From contig CAWAMW010000016.1 of the NCBI GenBank assembly GCA_963783305.1, forward strand, positions 384,001-448,000: a DNA stretch of 64,000 nt, written 5' to 3'. This stretch comes from an uncultured Gemmatimonadales bacterium. GTDB taxonomy: Bacteria > Gemmatimonadota > Gemmatimonadetes > Longimicrobiales > RSA9. Numbering within the stretch: the stretch's first letter is position 1; every line of letters begins with the position of its first letter. This document shows positions 11,482 to 20,462 of the stretch, piece after piece. The notes beneath the pieces were generated by a model that made no database searches, was not told where the DNA came from, and saw only the letters and a program-made list of their open reading frames with translations. The position numbers and the translations under genes were made by a program.

Positions 11482-13463
11482 CGGGTGCGACTCCCAACGG
11501 TCGTCCCCGCACCCGCACTCCTCACGGGCACTTGCCGGCTCTCGCGACTCCCATCACCCAGCTGACCCTGGATGTTGTTCCCCCAGCAGTAGAGCTCTCC
11601 GGCGGCGGTCTCACCGCAGGTGTGCGCGCCGCCTGCGGCAAGGACGCGGAAGCGATGCTCGCTCCGCACCGGTACCGGTGCGGCCGCATCGTCGCTCGAG
11701 CCGTCCCCGAGCTGACCAAAAACGTTCCGGCCCCAGCACCACGCCGCTCCATCGCTCGTCAGTCCACAGGTGTGGACACCGCCGGCGGTGACCTCGACGA
11801 ACGTCAGCTCCGTCTGTACTCGAACGGGAACGGCCGTTGTACCGGTGCCCGTGCCCAGCTGACCGTATCGGTTTTCGCCCCAGCACCATGCCTCGCCCCC
11901 GCGCGTCAGGCCGCAGGTGTGTGCGCTGCCGGCGGTGACGCGGCTGAAGGGCGCCGGCTGCGCGACTGCGGCCGGTTGCGATCGGTCCTCCCGGTTGCCA
12001 AGACCGAGCTGCCCCCCGGAGTTCGCACCCCAGCAGTAGAGCTGGCCGGCTCCCGTCAGCGCACACGTGTGGGCCCACCCGCTCACCAGCTGAACCACTC
12101 CCTCCAGGCCCGTTACCAGCGCGGGCTCCCTCTGCTCGCCGCGCAGGCCCGTCCCGAGTTGCCCTCGCTCGCCTTTGCCCCAGCAGTGGATGTCCCCCGA
12201 CGACGCGCGCACACACACGTGCTCCGACCCGACCGCCAGCTCCACCGGCTCTGAGGCCAGGGGCAGAGCCCGTTCACCCGCCATCGACCGGTCGCCGCCG
12301 CCGCCGACGGCTCGACACACGACCGTCGACCGCATCGTGATCGCGCACATGTGCAGGACTCCCGCAGACACCGCTCGGACTCCGGAGCCCAGTTCGGCGA
12401 CCCCCGTTAGCGCGGGTTCGGCCGAGCCCACGCAACTCGCTCCGCCCCCCGTCCCCAACAGGCAGGTGTGCGCGCCGCCCACAGCCCACCGCCGGTTGGG
12501 GAGCGGGGCCGCCACGAGATGCACTTCGACGGCACGGTCCAGTGTGGTGGGAGAGCCCGGGCCCGGGACTCTGCCATTGGCGTCCGGATCCGGCTCGGAC
12601 CGCTCCCCGTTATCCTCCACGAGAGGAGTCGGCGCAGCGCCCGGGGGGGCGACGAGCGCCGTGCGCGAGGCATAGGACGCGGTCTCCAGTCGAGCCGAGA
12701 ATTCCAGCCTCACCGCAGGCCGATCCGCCAGGTAGACCGTGCCCCGTAGAGAATCAGGATCGCTCCCCAGCCGCCAGGAGGTCATAGCGAGCCCCGAGGT
12801 CCTCGTCCGAACCAAGGGAGATCCCAACTCGCCGCCTGCTGGCGATAGCTCGAATCGGACTCCCCGGTCCGCCACAGGCTGGTCGTCCGCGTCCAGCACC
12901 ACGACCGCTATCGACTCACGCAGCTTGCGCCCGGGACGACCCACCTGATCCTGACCCGCCCACAGAATCAGTCGATCACCCGACTCCGGATCGATGGCCG
13001 TCGCCCTCTCCGACCCCACCGGTCCCTCGGGTTGCGCAAGCACGGGAGGCCGTTCGAAAGCTGGAGCTTTCAGCATCCGCAGCTCCGCACGTCGCTCCCC
13101 CAGATCCGCACCCGCCTCTCCACTCTCCATACTGCGGGCGTAAAGCAGAGCTCCCGTGCCCCCGGCGGCCGTGGCCACAATGGCGACGCCGATCGCCTTG
13201 CGGAAACCGCGTGGCCGCAGCCACCCGGTTGAGGACGGCCTCGGCCCGCTCCGATCCCCCTCGGGCACGGGGAAGAACACGAGCGGCGGATCCGATGAGG
13301 GCTGCGCCACAGCGGAGTTCCGACCGCGAGCTCGCCAAATGCCAAAGAGGATCAACAGCACCAGCAGACAAGCTGGTGCTATCCACAGCAGGAGGGTTGC
13401 GGTCGACTGGGGGAGAAACAGTCCCGGCAAGCCAGACTCCAAACAGCAAGGAATCCTTCCCAT
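11478..13463 (-). CDS. Membrane-anchored Ig-like + RCC1/BLIP-II beta-propeller repeat protein
   Basis: Repeated G..HTC.LT..G...CWG.N..GQLG motifs; Ig-like segment (GQDQVG.PG...W.LG); N-terminal TM segments. Confidence 0.85.
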   Translation of the reverse strand: MGRIPCCLESGLPGLFLPQSTATLLLWIAPACLLVLLILFGIWRARGRNSAVAQPSSDPPLVFFPVPEGDRSGPRPSSTGWLRPRGFRKAIGVAIVATAAGGTGALLYARSMESGEAGADLGERRAELRMLKAPAFERPPVLAQPEGPVGSERATAIDPESGDRLILWAGQDQVGRPGRKLRESIAVVVLDADDQPVADRGVRFELSPAGGELGSPLVRTRTSGLAMTSWRLGSDPDSLRGTVYLADRPAVRLEFSARLETASYASRTALVAPPGAAPTPLVEDNGERSEPDPDANGRVPGPGSPTTLDRAVEVHLVAAPLPNRRWAVGGAHTCLLGTGGGASCVGSAEPALTGVAELGSGVRAVSAGVLHMCAITMRSTVVCRAVGGGGDRSMAGERALPLASEPVELAVGSEHVCVRASSGDIHCWGKGERGQLGTGLRGEQREPALVTGLEGVVQLVSGWAHTCALTGAGQLYCWGANSGGQLGLGNREDRSQPAAVAQPAPFSRVTAGSAHTCGLTRGGEAWCWGENRYGQLGTGTGTTAVPVRVQTELTFVEVTAGGVHTCGLTSDGAAWCWGRNVFGQLGDGSSDDAAAPVPVRSEHRFRVLAAGGAHTCGETAAGELYCWGNNIQGQLGDGSRESRQVPVRSAGAGTTVGSRTR

Positions 13464-13715
13464 GCGGGTGCACGATCCGATCGAGCGCCCGCTTCAGGGG
13501 AGGATGGGGGCGAAGCTCTTGTCGCTACCATCCCAATATTAGTCTACCGGTAGATCGAGCCTCCGTCAAATCAAACTCCAACTGTTCGCCGCCGCGGTTG
13601 TCGCCCCGACCTTCGGGTTGTATTCGGGTTCCTTCGATGCCATCCTCCATCAGAGACTCGACGTATTGGCGGGCCGCTCTTTCGGGCGCGGCCCTTGTAC
13701 TGGACGGGAGGGGCA

Positions 13716-16700
13716 GTGGGAGAGTTCGTGGAGCTTCGAACGCGTTCGGCGTTCTCGTTCGGGGATGGGGCGTGCACCCCTGAGACGCTGGTGCGGGTGG
13801 CGGCGGAACAGGGGCACGGCTCGCTGGGCTTGACGGACCGATCGGACCTGGGGGGGGCGATCCGGTTTGCGCTGGCGGCGCGGCAGGCGGGGATCCGGCC
13901 CGTGGTGGGGGCGGAGCTCGTGGTGGATGGTCATCCGCTGGCGCTGCTGGCGCGGAGCGTCGAGGGGTTCCACTCCCTGGCGAGCCTGGTGACCCTGTCG
14001 CGAATGGGGGATTGGGGGGAGTGGCTGGCGGAGAAGGCGGACCGGGAGGCGGCGTATGCTCGATCATCGAGCCCCGAGCCGCGCGCATCGACCCTGTACC
14101 CCTCTCACTCCGGTTCTCCGTTGCGTTCGGACTCTCCGTCCCCTTCCGCCCTCGCTCCGGGGCTTCATCGGGACCGGGATGGACGGGTGCGGACGCGGGC
14201 GACGGCGGTGACCTCGCGGCGGAAGATCGAGCCGGCGCCGCACACGCCGGGTGCCTTTCTCCGGAACGGCGGGGGGTCGGAGCCCGGGGCACGGACGGGA
14301 CGGGCCCCGGCGCGGGGCCAGCCGGTGCTGACGCTGAGCGACCTGGAGGGTCGGACACAGGGACTGCACCTGCTGACGGGGTCGCCGAGCGGTGAGCTGG
14401 CGTCGCTGGTCCGGTCGGGGCGGCCCGAGGAGGCGCTCTTCCTGCTGTCGCGTCTCCGGGAGCTCTTCCCGGGGCGGCTGGCGGTGGAGGTGCAGCTCCA
14501 CCATGTGTCGGGGGAGGAGTCGGCGCTGGCGGGGGCGCTCATCGAGCTGGCCGAGAAGCAGGGGCTGCCGTGGGTCGTCTCGAATGATCCTCGGTACGTG
14601 GATGGCGGCAGCCGCCTGGTCCACGATCTCCTGACGGCGCACCGGGCGGAGCTGGACGTGGACACGGCGGCGAGCTGGGGTGTGCTGCACCCGAACGGGG
14701 AGTGGCGGCTCAAGTCGCCCGCGGAGATGGCGTCGCTGTGGAAGGGCCGTGAAAAGGGGCTGGAGGAGTCGGCGCGGATCGCGGCAGAGTGCGCCTTCGA
14801 CCTGAAGTGGGTGCGGCCGCCGCTACCGACCTTCCCCGTCCCCGCCGGTCACGATGATGGCTCCTGGCTGCGGGAGCTGACGTTCCGCGGGGCGGAGAAG
14901 CGCTGGGGGGTAGTCGACGACCGCCAGCGGGCGCAGCTGGAGCACGAGATCCGGGTCATCGACACGCTCGGCTTCGCGGGCTTCTTCCTGGTCATGTGGG
15001 ACGCCGTACGGGAGGCCCGCCAGCGCGGGATCCTCTGCCAGGGACGCGGCAGCGCGGCCAACTCGGCGGTGGCCTTCTGCCTGGAGATCACGGCCGTCGA
15101 CCCGGTGCGCCACGGCCTCCTCTTCGAGCGGTTCCTCTCCGAGGTCCGGACCGATGGGATGACGGAGGCGCCGGACATCGACGTGGACTTCGAGATGCAC
15201 CGGCGCGAGGAGATACTCGACTACATGTACACCCGCTACGGCCGTCAGCACGCCGCCATCACGGCCGTCACCCAGGTCTTCCACGCCCCCACAGCCCTCC
15301 AGGACTGCATGCGCGCCCTGGGTTGGCCCGCGGAGACCGCCTTCGCCCTCTCGAAACGGCTCCACGGGCGCGAGCCCAGCCAGGCGGCCGATGAGCTGGA
15401 AGCCGGCATGGCCGATCGCTTCGGGCTCTCCCTCACCACGCCCCGTGTCCGCGCGCTCCTCTCCGCGCTCCGCTCCCTCGACGACGTCCCACGGCTCCGT
15501 TCCACGCACCCCGGCGGCTTCGTCCTCTCCAGCCGCCCCCTCGGCGAGTACCTGCCCATCGAGGAGACCTCCATGGGCCGGACCATCCTCCAGTTCGACA
15601 AGGACGACCTGGACGCCGCCGGTGTGCCCAAGTTCGATTTCCTCGGGCTCGGCGGCCTGACCGTCGTCCACAAGGCCTTCGACGCCATCGAGGCCCGGAC
15701 CGGCCGGAAGCTCGAGCTCTACGACCTCCCCGTCGACGACCCCAAGACGTACGAGATGATCGGCCGGGGCGATACGCTCGGTACCTTCCAGATCGAGTCA
15801 CGGGCCCAGATCCAGTCCATCCTCCAGACTCGTCCCCAGCGACTCTACGACCTCGTGGTCCAGGTCGCGCTCATCCGACCCGGACCCATCCAGGCCCGCT
15901 TCGTCCGCCCCTACACCCGGCGTCGACTGGGGCTCGAGGAGGTGGAGTACGCCGACCCGCGCCTGGAGCCCATCCTCCGGCGTACCTACGGCATTCCCAT
16001 CTTCCAGGAGCAGGCCATGGCCATCTCCATGGCCCTCGGCGGGTTCACCGCGGCCGAGGCCGATGAGCTCCGCCGCGCCATGGGCCACCACCGCAAGCTG
16101 CCGAAGCTCCACGCCGCCATCCAGCGACTCAAGGACCGCATGGGCCGGAATGGCGTCACTCCCGAGGACGCCGAGCGGATCACCGACGACCTCTATTCCT
16201 TCTCCAATTACGGGTTCCCCGAGTCGCACGCCTGGAGCTTTGCCCTCATCGCCTACGCCACCTCCTACCTCAAGGCCCACCACCCCGCCGAGTTCCTCAT
16301 GGCCATCCTCAACGCGTGGCCCATGGGCTTCTATCCCCCCGCCACGCTCGTCCACGAGGCCCGCCGCAACGGTGTGGAAGTTCACCCGCCATGTCTGCGC
16401 GATGGACAGTGGGAGTCCACGCTCGAGCCGCTCACCCCGTCCCGCGAGCCCTGCCCCGTCAACGGGAGCAGGCCGAGCCCGGGGGCGGTGCGCGTGGGGT
16501 GGCAGCACATCCGGGGACTGGGTGAGGACGCGCGCGAGCGTCTTCAGCGGGGGGGCGAAGAAAGCCCCTTCACGAGCGTCGACGACACAGTCCGTCGCGC
16601 CGGCCTCTCCCGCACCGACGCTCTCCACCTCGCCCGCGCGGGCGCCTTCGAGGCGTTCCAGCCCGGGCGCCGGAAGGCCGCATGGGAGGCCCTCCGCGCC

Positions 16701-17141
16701 GCCGGCGACACCCTCCCCCTCGCCCCCGCCAGACACCTCCCGCTGGACCCGCGCGAGGTGAGCGACGAAGAGCTCATCTTCCTCGACTATCTCGCCACCG
16801 GAATCAGCGTGCGGGGCCACCCCATGGAGCACATACGACCCCGCCTCGACTCCCACGGCGTCTGCTCTTCCGCCGGCCTCGCCCAGGCACCTGACGGCCG
16901 TCCCATTCTCGTCGCGGGCCTGGTCGTGGCTCGACAGCATCCCGCCACCGCTCAGGGCACCGTGTTCCTTCTCCTCGAGGACGAGCACGGGTTCCTCAAC
17001 ATCATCGTCCCGCCCCCCGTCCACGACCGCTACCGCGAGATCATCCACCACGCCCCCTTCCTCCTCGTACATGGCCGGTTCGAGCGCGAGGATCGGGTCC
17101 TGAACGTGGTGGCACAGCGGTTCCGGGAGCTGAAACGATGA
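13716..17141 (+). CDS. dnaE2: Error-prone DNA polymerase III alpha (DnaE2/ImuC)
   Basis: PHP-like start (VELRTRSAFSFGDGA), GRGSAANSAV, PDIDVDFE, HPGGFV, FQIESRAQ, YGFPESHA and C-terminal OB fold. GTG start at 13716 follows GGAGG. Confidence 0.93.
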   Translation: MGEFVELRTRSAFSFGDGACTPETLVRVAAEQGHGSLGLTDRSDLGGAIRFALAARQAGIRPVVGAELVVDGHPLALLARSVEGFHSLASLVTLSRMGDWGEWLAEKADREAAYARSSSPEPRASTLYPSHSGSPLRSDSPSPSALAPGLHRDRDGRVRTRATAVTSRRKIEPAPHTPGAFLRNGGGSEPGARTGRAPARGQPVLTLSDLEGRTQGLHLLTGSPSGELASLVRSGRPEEALFLLSRLRELFPGRLAVEVQLHHVSGEESALAGALIELAEKQGLPWVVSNDPRYVDGGSRLVHDLLTAHRAELDVDTAASWGVLHPNGEWRLKSPAEMASLWKGREKGLEESARIAAECAFDLKWVRPPLPTFPVPAGHDDGSWLRELTFRGAEKRWGVVDDRQRAQLEHEIRVIDTLGFAGFFLVMWDAVREARQRGILCQGRGSAANSAVAFCLEITAVDPVRHGLLFERFLSEVRTDGMTEAPDIDVDFEMHRREEILDYMYTRYGRQHAAITAVTQVFHAPTALQDCMRALGWPAETAFALSKRLHGREPSQAADELEAGMADRFGLSLTTPRVRALLSALRSLDDVPRLRSTHPGGFVLSSRPLGEYLPIEETSMGRTILQFDKDDLDAAGVPKFDFLGLGGLTVVHKAFDAIEARTGRKLELYDLPVDDPKTYEMIGRGDTLGTFQIESRAQIQSILQTRPQRLYDLVVQVALIRPGPIQARFVRPYTRRRLGLEEVEYADPRLEPILRRTYGIPIFQEQAMAISMALGGFTAAEADELRRAMGHHRKLPKLHAAIQRLKDRMGRNGVTPEDAERITDDLYSFSNYGFPESHAWSFALIAYATSYLKAHHPAEFLMAILNAWPMGFYPPATLVHEARRNGVEVHPPCLRDGQWESTLEPLTPSREPCPVNGSRPSPGAVRVGWQHIRGLGEDARERLQRGGEESPFTSVDDTVRRAGLSRTDALHLARAGAFEAFQPGRRKAAWEALRAAGDTLPLAPARHLPLDPREVSDEELIFLDYLATGISVRGHPMEHIRPRLDSHGVCSSAGLAQAPDGRPILVAGLVVARQHPATAQGTVFLLLEDEHGFLNIIVPPPVHDRYREIIHHAPFLLVHGRFEREDRVLNVVAQRFRELKR

Positions 17142-17232
17142 AATGCATGGCTCACCCCTTCAGCCGTACCGGAGATCGTCGGTTCGATCCGCGAGCGGGT
17201 GGAGCGTGACGGGGGCGGGTGCGCCCCGGGAC

Positions 17233-18300
17233 ATGCCACCGGCGCTGAGGGTGCTTCAGGGCCGTGGCGCCACGGACAACCCGGCCAACCGGTTCGAGCG
17301 GCTGGCCGTGGAGTCGATCGAGGAGTGGATGGACCCGGACGATCCCGCGCCGCGCACGATCCTCCTGCGGGACGCCACCCGGACGATCCTGTCGCACAAC
17401 GACAGCCCGGACGTGGGCTTTGACGTGTCGGTGAATCCGTATCGGGGGTGCGAGCACGGCTGCATCTACTGCTATGCGCGTCCCACTCACGAGTACCTGG
17501 GGTTCTCCGCCGGGCTGGATTTCGAAACGCGGATCGTGGTGAAGGAGGACGCGCCGGCAATGCTGCGGCAGGCGCTCCTTTCGCCGCGCTGGCGCCCACG
17601 CGTCATCGGCATGAGCGGGGTGACGGACCCGTACCAGCCGGTGGAGCGGCGGCTGCGGATCACGCGCGGCTGCCTGGAGGTCCTGGCGGAGCTGCGGAAC
17701 CCGGTGGCGGTGATCACCAAGAACCACCTGGTGACGCGGGACATCGACCTGCTGAGTGAGCTCGCGTCGCATGGCGCGGCGGCGGTGGCCTTGTCGGTGA
17801 CGAGTCTCCGCCCGGAAATCCAGCGGGTCATGGAGCCCCGCACGGCCACGCCGGCCCGTCGGCTCGACGCCATCCGGCGGCTGTCCCGAGCGGGGATCCC
17901 CGTCCGGGTCATGATCGCGCCGGTGGTGCCGGGTCTGACCGACGAGGAGGTGCCGGCGATCCTCGAGGCCGCGGCGGAGGCGGGCGCCAGCGGCGCGGGC
18001 TACATCGTCATGCGGCTGCCCCACGGAGTGAAGGGGCTGTTCACCGACTGGCTGGAGGCGCACTTCCCCGAACGGAAGAGCAAGGTGCTGAACCGCGTCC
18101 GGGAGATGAGGGGAGGCGCGCTGAACGACCCCCGGTTCGGCTCCAGGATGCGGGGGGAGGGGCCGTACGCCGAGCAGATCCGTCAGCTCTTCGAGATCTC
18201 GCGTCGCCGGGTGGGTCTCGACCGCGACCCTACACGGCTCTCCGCGGCGGCCTTCCGCCGGCCGCCGCGGAACGGTCAGCTGGGCCTGTTCGACGACTGA
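17233..18300 (+). CDS. PA0069/Rv2578c-family (SplB-like) radical SAM protein
   Basis: NPYRGCEHGCIYCYAR (CxxxCxxC), TDPYQP, GRGA.DNP.NRFE; ends QLGLFDD. The start may be 17143. Confidence 0.9.
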   Translation: MPPALRVLQGRGATDNPANRFERLAVESIEEWMDPDDPAPRTILLRDATRTILSHNDSPDVGFDVSVNPYRGCEHGCIYCYARPTHEYLGFSAGLDFETRIVVKEDAPAMLRQALLSPRWRPRVIGMSGVTDPYQPVERRLRITRGCLEVLAELRNPVAVITKNHLVTRDIDLLSELASHGAAAVALSVTSLRPEIQRVMEPRTATPARRLDAIRRLSRAGIPVRVMIAPVVPGLTDEEVPAILEAAAEAGASGAGYIVMRLPHGVKGLFTDWLEAHFPERKSKVLNRVREMRGGALNDPRFGSRMRGEGPYAEQIRQLFEISRRRVGLDRDPTRLSAAAFRRPPRNGQLGLFDD

Positions 18301-18307
18301 GCCGCGA

Positions 18308-18610
18308 TCAGGGCAGCTGGTGGTCCGTCGGGCTCTGGAACGGACGACCCTGGCGCTCCTCGCTCCCGGACTCCCCACGCCCGGCTGACGCCCCGTCATC
18401 AGCCGAGGTTCGAACGACGTTCTGCGCCTTCGGCCCCTTCGGTTCCTCGATCACCTCGAACTCCACCGTCTCTCCCTCGGCCAGCGTCTTGAAGCCGTGC
18501 CCCTCGATGGAGCTGTGGTGCACGAAGACGTCATCGCCACCCTCGCGCTCGATGAACCCGAATCCCTTCGAGTCGGAGAACCACTTCACCTTGCCGGTGA
18601 CCTTCGCCAT
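18308..18610 (-). CDS. Cold-shock domain protein with C-terminal extension
   Basis: [34 protein letters not shown] at 18610. Confidence 0.93.
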   Translation of the reverse strand: MAKVTGKVKWFSDSKGFGFIEREGGDDVFVHHSSIEGHGFKTLAEGETVEFEVIEEPKGPKAQNVVRTSADDGASAGRGESGSEERQGRPFQSPTDHQLP

Positions 18611-18685
18611 TTCGACCGTCCTTTGGAGTGAGGCGTTCCGTCGCCCGCGGGGATTTGTCGGCGGGCGATCCCGGCGCTCCCATGA

Positions 18686-18702
18686 TGCAACGACCCTGCC
18701 GA
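18686..18702 (-). promoter_or_regulatory. Candidate sigma54 promoter of the csp gene
   Basis: TCGGCAGGGTCGTTGCA (GG-N10-GC). Confidence 0.55.
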
Positions 18703-18750
18703 AACCGGGGGGGGTGCGGGCGCGCCACATGGCCGAGCTGCCGGCCCTGG

Positions 18751-18775
18751 GAACTTTCTTGCGCCCGGGCCTGTA
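18751..18775 (+). promoter_or_regulatory. Candidate ECF-sigma promoter
   Basis: GAACT-N16-TGTA, 35 bp upstream of the lipoprotein ATG. Confidence 0.35.
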
Positions 18776-18810
18776 GGTCGAATGACGCCCGTTTCCAGGG
18801 AGACTGACCC

Positions 18811-19977
18811 ATGAGACCGCTCCTCGCCCTTTCCGTCCTCGCGCTGGCCGGCTGCTATCTCCCCGCCAGCTCCCAGCCCGCACCTCGGGCGGCCGACTAC
18901 GCCTACTACGGCGCGTCCTCTCGATCGCAGCCGCTCCGCGCCGCCGTCTGGTACGACGAGTACAGCGGGATGGCGTCCTTCGACCTGAACCGGCCGGGGT
19001 ACGTGGCCATGTTCGCGCTCCAGCCCCTGGGCCACATCGAGCTGCTCTATCCCACGTGGGGGGCGGGAATTCAGCGACAGCGGGCGTTCCGGTCGGGCGG
19101 CCACTCCGTCCGCACCGACTCGCGACTGTATCACCTGGCCCTCGATCGCTCCTACCGCGGATCACCGCGGCGCGTGGCGACCCAGACCTACATCGTCCTC
19201 ATCGCGTCCGACCGACCCCTCCGACTGGACCAGTTCATGGCCTACGGCACACTGCCGTGGCTCGACCACCCGTCGATCACATGGAACCCATTCGTGGCCA
19301 CCGACCACCTGGTCCGGGAGGTGGTACCGGGCTACAACGCGGGGGACTGGACCGTCGCGTACCACGTGGTGTGGCCCGAGGCGTCGTGGAATCGCTACGA
19401 CCCCCGGCTCCACAACCGCGTGAGGGACCGCTACACCCACGTCCGGTGTCCGGGGGGGATCGTCATATCGGTGCCGATCGGGGCGGTGCGGAGCGGCGCC
19501 TGGAACTGCCCCAGGAGAGACGGCTACGCGGGGCCCGGGGCGCAGCCGCGGCGCGGCGATGTGCCGCCCGTCACGGAGGCGCTCCCGAAGCGTCCGAGGG
19601 CGGCGGACTGGAGTGGCGCCACGCCCACCGACGGGGCCCGACGCGCCGTGCCGCGCCCCGAGCGTGGGCGGCCGGCGACGGGTGCGTCCCCGCGGGCGGT
19701 GCCTTCCTCGGAGCGGCCACGGCCGCAGGCGGCACCGCAGCCCGGCGTGAGGCCGAGCGCGAAGCCGAGCGCGAAGCCGAGCGTTAGGCCGCGGCCATCG
19801 GCGAAGCCCGGGGGGGGCGCGAAGCCTACGCCATCGGTAAAGCCCCGGCCGTCCCCGAAGCCCGGACCGTCCGCGAAGCCCGCGCCGTCCGCGAAGCCCG
19901 CGCCATCCGCGAAGCCGAGCAGGCCCCGGCCGAGGCCGAAGCCCAAGCCGGGAGGTGGCGGCGGCAGCGGCGGCTGA
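18811..19977 (+). CDS. Lipoprotein (DUF4384-like domain) with Pro/Ser/Ala/Lys-rich repetitive tail
   Basis: Lipobox [24 protein letters not shown] and [10 protein letters not shown] segments; PSAK/PSVK repeats at the C-terminus. Confidence 0.7.
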   Translation: MRPLLALSVLALAGCYLPASSQPAPRAADYAYYGASSRSQPLRAAVWYDEYSGMASFDLNRPGYVAMFALQPLGHIELLYPTWGAGIQRQRAFRSGGHSVRTDSRLYHLALDRSYRGSPRRVATQTYIVLIASDRPLRLDQFMAYGTLPWLDHPSITWNPFVATDHLVREVVPGYNAGDWTVAYHVVWPEASWNRYDPRLHNRVRDRYTHVRCPGGIVISVPIGAVRSGAWNCPRRDGYAGPGAQPRRGDVPPVTEALPKRPRAADWSGATPTDGARRAVPRPERGRPATGASPRAVPSSERPRPQAAPQPGVRPSAKPSAKPSVRPRPSAKPGGGAKPTPSVKPRPSPKPGPSAKPAPSAKPAPSAKPSRPRPRPKPKPGGGGGSGG

Positions 19978-20001
19978 GACCGCGCGCGACCGGGTCCCTC
20001 A

Positions 20002-20400
20002 TCAGAGGATGGCCCGGCCGATGGCGGTGATCCCGCCGATCACCAGGATGAGGGCGCCGGCCGAGCCCAGGACCGCCACCAGGTGGGACTGCGCTTCCGG
20101 CGCCCTCCGCTTGTTGACGCCCGCAGCAATGTGAGCGACCACAGCGGCCAGGATCATCATCACGAGATGGCCCCACAGCATGGGGAAGAAGACGCGAACG
20201 AAGATCAGGACGATACCCAGGAGGACCTGGAGGTCGAGGAGCCCGACGAAGCTCGACAGCAGAATCCTGCCCGGCTTGTCCCATGGGCGGTTGCGGAGCA
20301 TGGCGACGAGGGAGTAGCCGAGGGACAGCACGCCCGCCAGCAGGACCAGGTAGCGCAGCCCCGAATGGGCGTGGAACAGGATGTTCGAGAACGTTTCCAT
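20002..20400 (-). CDS. Four-TM membrane protein with conserved His residues
   Basis: METFSNILFHAHSGLRYLVLL..., LDLQVLLG, HLVMMILA..VAHI; four hydrophobic segments. Confidence 0.75.
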   Translation of the reverse strand: METFSNILFHAHSGLRYLVLLAGVLSLGYSLVAMLRNRPWDKPGRILLSSFVGLLDLQVLLGIVLIFVRVFFPMLWGHLVMMILAAVVAHIAAGVNKRRAPEAQSHLVAVLGSAGALILVIGGITAIGRAIL

Positions 20401-20435
20401 GATATCCTTCGTTTTTCTGTGAATGTTGTGGGTCG

Positions 20436-20462
20436 GCGGGGGCCGGCGCGGCCGGCCCCCGC
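20436..20462. terminator. Strong GC hairpin at the end of the metalloprotease gene
   Basis: GCGGGGGCCGGC-GCG-GCCGGCCCCCGC; no clear U-tract. Confidence 0.45.

Noticed and set aside
13525..13650. Short minus-strand ORF containing QLEFDL
   Set aside because: 41 aa, no recognisable family; indistinguishable from chance.
13737..13748. CGAACGCGTTCG as a LexA box
   Set aside because: The spacer is 2 nt rather than the 4 nt of GAAC-N4-GTTC, and it lies inside the coding region.
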